Shown here: positions 57,001 through 63,000 of the stretch, in pieces
How the letters are laid out: each line of letters begins with the position of its first letter
Position numbering within the stretch: the first letter of the stretch is position 1
Assembly (NCBI GenBank): GCA_037379345.1
Contig: CM074515.1
Coordinates: 18,662,001-18,726,000 of the forward strand
Direction of reading: 5' to 3'
Origin: Perna viridis
Taxonomy: Eukaryota
DNA length: 64,000 nt
The notes under the pieces: generated by a model
The model's database searches: none
Told to the model about the DNA's origin: nothing
Seen by the model: only the letters and a program-made list of their open reading frames with translations
Made by a program: the position numbers and the translations under genes

Positions 57001-60000
57001 CTTGGTTGAGTGTGGTCCATCTCAATTCATGCCAGTTAAAGATTTTAGTATTATTGAAATTAGTTTTTGTTCAGATAAAATGGGGTAAAAAAACTTGTAG
57101 CAGCGTACATGTTACATGTTACATGTACATGATACCATCTAGACTGGTCAAAGATCTGAAGATCAAGTTTCCAACAAGAAGTGTGATACTCCAAGAAATG
57201 GACGTCAAACTGGCAATTTTACAGTCTTTGATCTTTACAAAAAACCAACACATGTGGCTTGTCAAAACTTGACATCCCTGTACTATGATCATCAGAAGGA
57301 ACAATACAAACAATTGGTTGTCATGGATACCAGTATCCAAAATAAGATCACTAATGTATGTGTATGTACATTGTAATTAGTTATATGGTTAAATCTTTAT
57401 GACCATCACCACTTCTAATTTGGTAAATCATTCTTTTTAATCACTCATCTTATTGGGCATGCTATAAACAAGACTCCAATGCCTCCTGTCAAAAATGTAA
57501 CTTTATAGCTAAGACCAACCTGTTGTAACACTGGTATTTTCCACTAGCACCATCCTGACATACACATTCATAATCACATCCATCATACCATTTTTCTCCT
57601 GGGCTGTGGACCTTACCCTTGTAAGCACACTGATTGTCTAAAAACAAGATATTTTAAGTGAATAACAGCCTAGCCTCATTGTTATGCATACGGTCATATC
57701 AAAGCCATATACATTTATATACATGTAAAACTATAATTGTAGCATGATTTTGAACTTAACAGGTCTTTTAAATTATAAACCAACACCATGATGTTGTGTA
57801 ACCCCTTCCAAAAACATTGAAAAAAGTGTGATGTTCTGTGAAGTATCCACTCTTTGAGACGTTGATTATTGTATAATTTTGACCAATTATTACAGTGTCC
57901 CATCAAGACTCAGACAACGTAATATTCCAATTTTGTTTTTAAAATGTTTATATATAAGAATTTGCTACGAAATAAATGAAATAAATAGAAAGCATAAAAG
58001 ATGAAAACATATTCTGAGTCATCCACTTTTCATACAGGAAAGTCCCTACTCTTTCTGATATCACATTGCCTATGAGGTAAAACTTGAATATTTCATTGCA
58101 ACAAAAATAGGAGGGAAGAATTTAGATCTGCCATTGGATTTCAGGATCGGATCATTATACAATTTGTTTTTAAGCATGAATAACATGCATGTAAAAGTAA
58201 ATGTATAATGTATCTAACCAAATAAAATCTAGCTTTTAACGAGATAGCAAAACGAAAACCGTAAATCGTTACCCTACAAACCTCCATTCAAATTGAGGTA
58301 AAAACTGTCGGGGAGTGAAACGAACAAACAGGTAAATTCGTCCAATACTTGCTTTGTCCCTTCATTTAATTGAGTCAAATACTAATAGGACGTTAGAATT
58401 TTATTCCAAAAAGTACAAACGGTTAATACTTACATGTGATTTGCACAGTTATAAAAAATATGATAAATATTATTTCAAAATAAGAGATATGTATTTTTAA
58501 ACACTCAATAAAACAATAAACAGACTAAAACGGTACTTACAGAATCCTCCTGTAACAGCTGTAACAGCTAAAAATAAAATATGATTAAATTAATGACAAA
58601 AGATGAATTATCAATGCTATTGTCAGTGTTCTGATACCAGTACTAGTTACTGTATACATTGTACATGTGACTCTACCGAGGAGCGGGTGGATCGGGCTTC
58701 TTAGAACTACGAAATTTTTACTCAATTTTAAGTATTATAGTATAAAAAACACATAAATAATTAATTTAAAATTATATTTAATAACACATGTAGATATATA
58801 ATGAATATTTGTAAAAATCTCCGCCCTGATATTGTTACGTTACATTAAAGCGGACCTTTCTTCAAATTAAAAAAAAAATAAAACTTCAAGAAAGCTTTAT
58901 AGTTGCTGATATATGGCAAGTAATGAACTAAAAGTATGAAACATACCAGGGACCTTTTCACAAAAAATCGTAAGTGTAAAATTATTCCTAAGTTATGATG
59001 TCATAATAGAGTTAAGTATTGTGACGTCACAACTTACGACTAATTTTACTCTTACGATTTTTTTGTGAAAAGGGCTGCAGGGACGTTTAATATCACACTA
59101 TTTGATAAAACTGTATTTCAAATATACCCACTGGTAATTTTTTTCATAATTTTTTTTCAACTAACTGTTATTTACATTTTTGTATTCAAAACTATTTAAA
59201 TCAAAATTACATTTCATATTGATCTAATATTCTTAGATATAAAATAACAAGATGTGGAGTACTTACAACACAGTCCACAATATTGTTTACAGTTGTCACC
59301 GGCCCACTTTGCGTATTGGGTACAAGCGGCTTTACCGTAGCTAGCACAGTCGCTGAGGACGTCGGAACATACCTGCTTTGGTACTGTGTAGGTGTCTGTA
59401 ATAAGCAAAACAAATAATAGAATTCGATAGAGATTTGAATCATATTCGACGCCTACATTATGAATGCCATATTTACTTACATAGTTATCTTTTAATAACA
59501 TGATAACAGAAAAAATTAATTAACTATAAACAATTATTGGTCACTAATCCATACTGAGATTGTTTTAATTTCTCGCGATAACGTGCTAAGAATGGTAAGT
59601 TATTTTCCAGTTAGAGCAAGAATTAATATACTCACATTCGCATTTGCCACAGAAAGCCTTGCAGTTCTCTGAAGCCCATCCTTGGTAGTCATTACATACT
59701 TTGGTGCCATACTCATGACAGTTATTAATCTTATCTTTACAATTCTGTTGTGCGTCTTTTGAATAAAAAAAATACATTTAACGATAAGTGACAATACATG
59801 CCAGTCCTTTTGCTATTACTTTGAAGTCCTTAACTAACTGTTGCATGGCACTTTACATCTTGAAATAACTTGATATGTGGTTTAGAACTCGGTGTGGTAC
59901 TATTATAGTCTACATGCAACATATACATGTAGGTATTCGGTTTTTTTTTTAATATTTTGACAAAGAACGTTTTATTTCATCGATTAACATACAGTAACGG

Positions 60001-63000
60001 CCGATGTACAGAAAAAAATACTTCTACTCACGTGACTGGAAGTCGATTGATGATTGAACTGAAAAAAAAAGAAATGACAATATCAATTTACGATGAAATT
60101 CAGTTAGATATCATTCATTCGTCTAATAAATATTATGAACATGTTACGCAATGGCCTTTTGTGACACTAAAAGAACGACATATTTTAAACAGTTCACAAT
60201 GTTCCGAAGTTTTACGCATTATTTCAATTTGATACTGTCTATGAGTCAGAAATAATAAACTTTAAATCCTTACCTCCACAAGCCATACTCATCAGTTGGT
60301 TTGAGACAGTTTCTAACTGATCATAGCTATTGACAGTAATCGTATGAGTAGCAGCCGGCTGGTCGACGATCTGGTTGAGTTCCGCCATATTTACACCAGA
60401 ACCTACTCCTATTCCCAACATACCAATGTGAGACTGTCTAGCTTGGTTAGCTTGATTGATGGCAGCACTGACTTCTGCAGTTCCTCCGTCAGTAACCATT
60501 ATGGCAATTCTGGGAACATTTGATCTGGCTCCACCTTGTGGGGAAAACATTGTTGTCCTAGCAAACTCTATGGCGTCTCCGGTATTGGTTCCTCCTCCTA
60601 GAAGCTGCATGCCGTGGATAGCCCTCATGATGTCATATCTATTATCATACATTCGGAGTGGAAATTCAGAGGAAGGTCTACTACTGTACTGTTCTAGACC
60701 AACATGGACTCCATCTTTTCCAACATTAAGTTTTGTGACGAAGTTTTTGATGAAGTTCTCTGTTTTCTCAAGGTTGAGTGTTCCTACACTACTGGAAGAG
60801 TCTACCATGAAGACAACATCCGCTTTCTGTAGACAGCCTATAACGTCAGTGACAGGAAAAAGAAGGGCGGTGAATATGAATCAATATGCTGTATAATGTT
60901 CTATGGTCTGTAATTTCCTAAGTTTATCACACACAATTTGGTTTTGAAGGAAATTATTTTTGTACGCAAAGATTACGAAAGGTCAATAGTTATATTTTTG
61001 TACTGTTTGACGTATGTAACTTAAATGCGTTCTCTACATAAAACAAAATGTTACGGAGCTAACTTATGCATGTCAGTATCTTAATTCTTGAATACTTGGT
61101 GGACAAAAGGAAAGAGTTATGAACGAAAGCAATGGCTATTGAACTTCAGTATGGTGAATGATTAAGATATACATACCGGTTGGTGGTGGGAGTAGATATT
61201 TGCTTTGCACCTCTGAAAAGTATAAAAATAACCTGGTGTTACATATTCAAAGGACAACTAATAATGCACTTACATATTGTTTTAATTAATTACTCTTTTT
61301 TCCGCAACTTGTTACATGTAGGGTTACAATGCCATTATCTTTGGTATCACTTAGAATGGTTAACTAAGAATCAACTCATTACTCTTTATAGTTAAAGCGA
61401 GTATGGACACCTTTGTAGCAATTTACTGTTTCGAAAGTGACAAAATTTGAGGTTAACTGACCATTACAGATCTTTGTGGCTAGAAGGTCAGACAGACTGT
61501 TGAGTGAGTTGAAGTTGTCAGCAGTGAGGAAATATCTTGAGTCTGGATTACTGGAAACAGATTTCAGCTCATCTGTATCAATACCATTACCAACGCCGAC
61601 GGTATAAATGAGAATATCATTGTCTTTAGCTGTCTGGGCTTTTAGTTTAGTTATCTCCCTTGTTACTGACGGACCGTCCGTGACAAGTACCATAACGTGA
61701 GGAACACCACCTCTCGCTCCATGGTTCGGCATGAACGATGTTTGCGTGACATATGTAATGGCATCGCCTGTATCTGCCGATCCAGGTAAATATTTAATAC
61801 CCGAGATGGCATTCAGTACGTCTGCCTTGGTGGCATAATTGTTCAAGAAGAACTGATTATGCACACCAGAACTGTACGTCACTGCACTTATTTGCACTTG
61901 ATCTCGCCGTACATCTAAACTATTTACTGTGTTTTTAACAAAGTCCAGTTGTTTAGCAAAGTTTGTTTGTCCGACAGAATCAGAGGAATCTAACACAAAA
62001 GTTACATCTGCCTTTGTTGAACAACCTGAAAAACAACAAATATAATCTTTAACAGGTATAGAAATTTAAATATGTCGTTTTAATTATCAATTTAGATGAA
62101 AAAAAAAAACAAGTGACACTGCGCATGACATTATGTAAATGTATGTGTGACAGAAAATGTAGTTTTACACCGTGTAATCAATGTATGTTCCAGACAAAAA
62201 CAAATTAAATATCACTCCAGCTAAGTATCATGGAAACGCGATACATGGTTGGAAAGCATGCATATTTTTATTTTTCATATTCTGATTAAAATGTCATAGT
62301 AAACAGAAATTAACATGTTATTTTTCATATAACCCCTGCTCTTAGGAGATAAAAATATATAGAATGTACTGTACAATTTAAAATCAAGGTAGATAACTCT
62401 GTAAATGACACTTAAATACAACCGAAACTGTTGAATTTTCAATATGGATTATCTCCTAAGAGCAGACAGATTGGAATAAATAATTATACATTTCATAATA
62501 TAGACCTATAAAGCAACTTAATAACAAAAATAAAGTTGTGTAGCCTTTTTGGGGTGTATCACAATTTACAGAATTTGCATAATTCTTACAAAGACTGCTA
62601 CTTAAATACTAGAAAATAAAAAAAAATCTTCGAGGGTAAAATCAAATGCTAAATGTAGATTTTTAAATTATGTTTGGCGTGATCACTTAAAGTGTCAGTT
62701 TCTGTGAGAATCAGGCAATGGGTGCAACATGGTATTAATAAAAACCATCATTTGACTATTTGCAACATCAGAATCAAGAAAAAAAGACAATATTTTCCAT
62801 ATCTTGTTGGTTCATGGAGTTTTAATTTCATTAAAATGCACTGAAAATGAACATTTCAAGGGCAGATAACTGTGTCTCTAACATTTTATTGAAAAATATC
62901 TGAGCAAATCCAGTGATGCAAAGATTGAAAATGGTCTTTTCAAAGAGAAGGTATCCTTGAATGATATTACAATGTCAGATCGGTGGGGTTTTGACACGCA

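Noticed and set aside
60456-60896. 146-aa plus-strand ORF
   Set aside because: Antisense shadow of VWA exon 4. The same applies to plus ORFs at 35157, 41476, 42595 and 30239.
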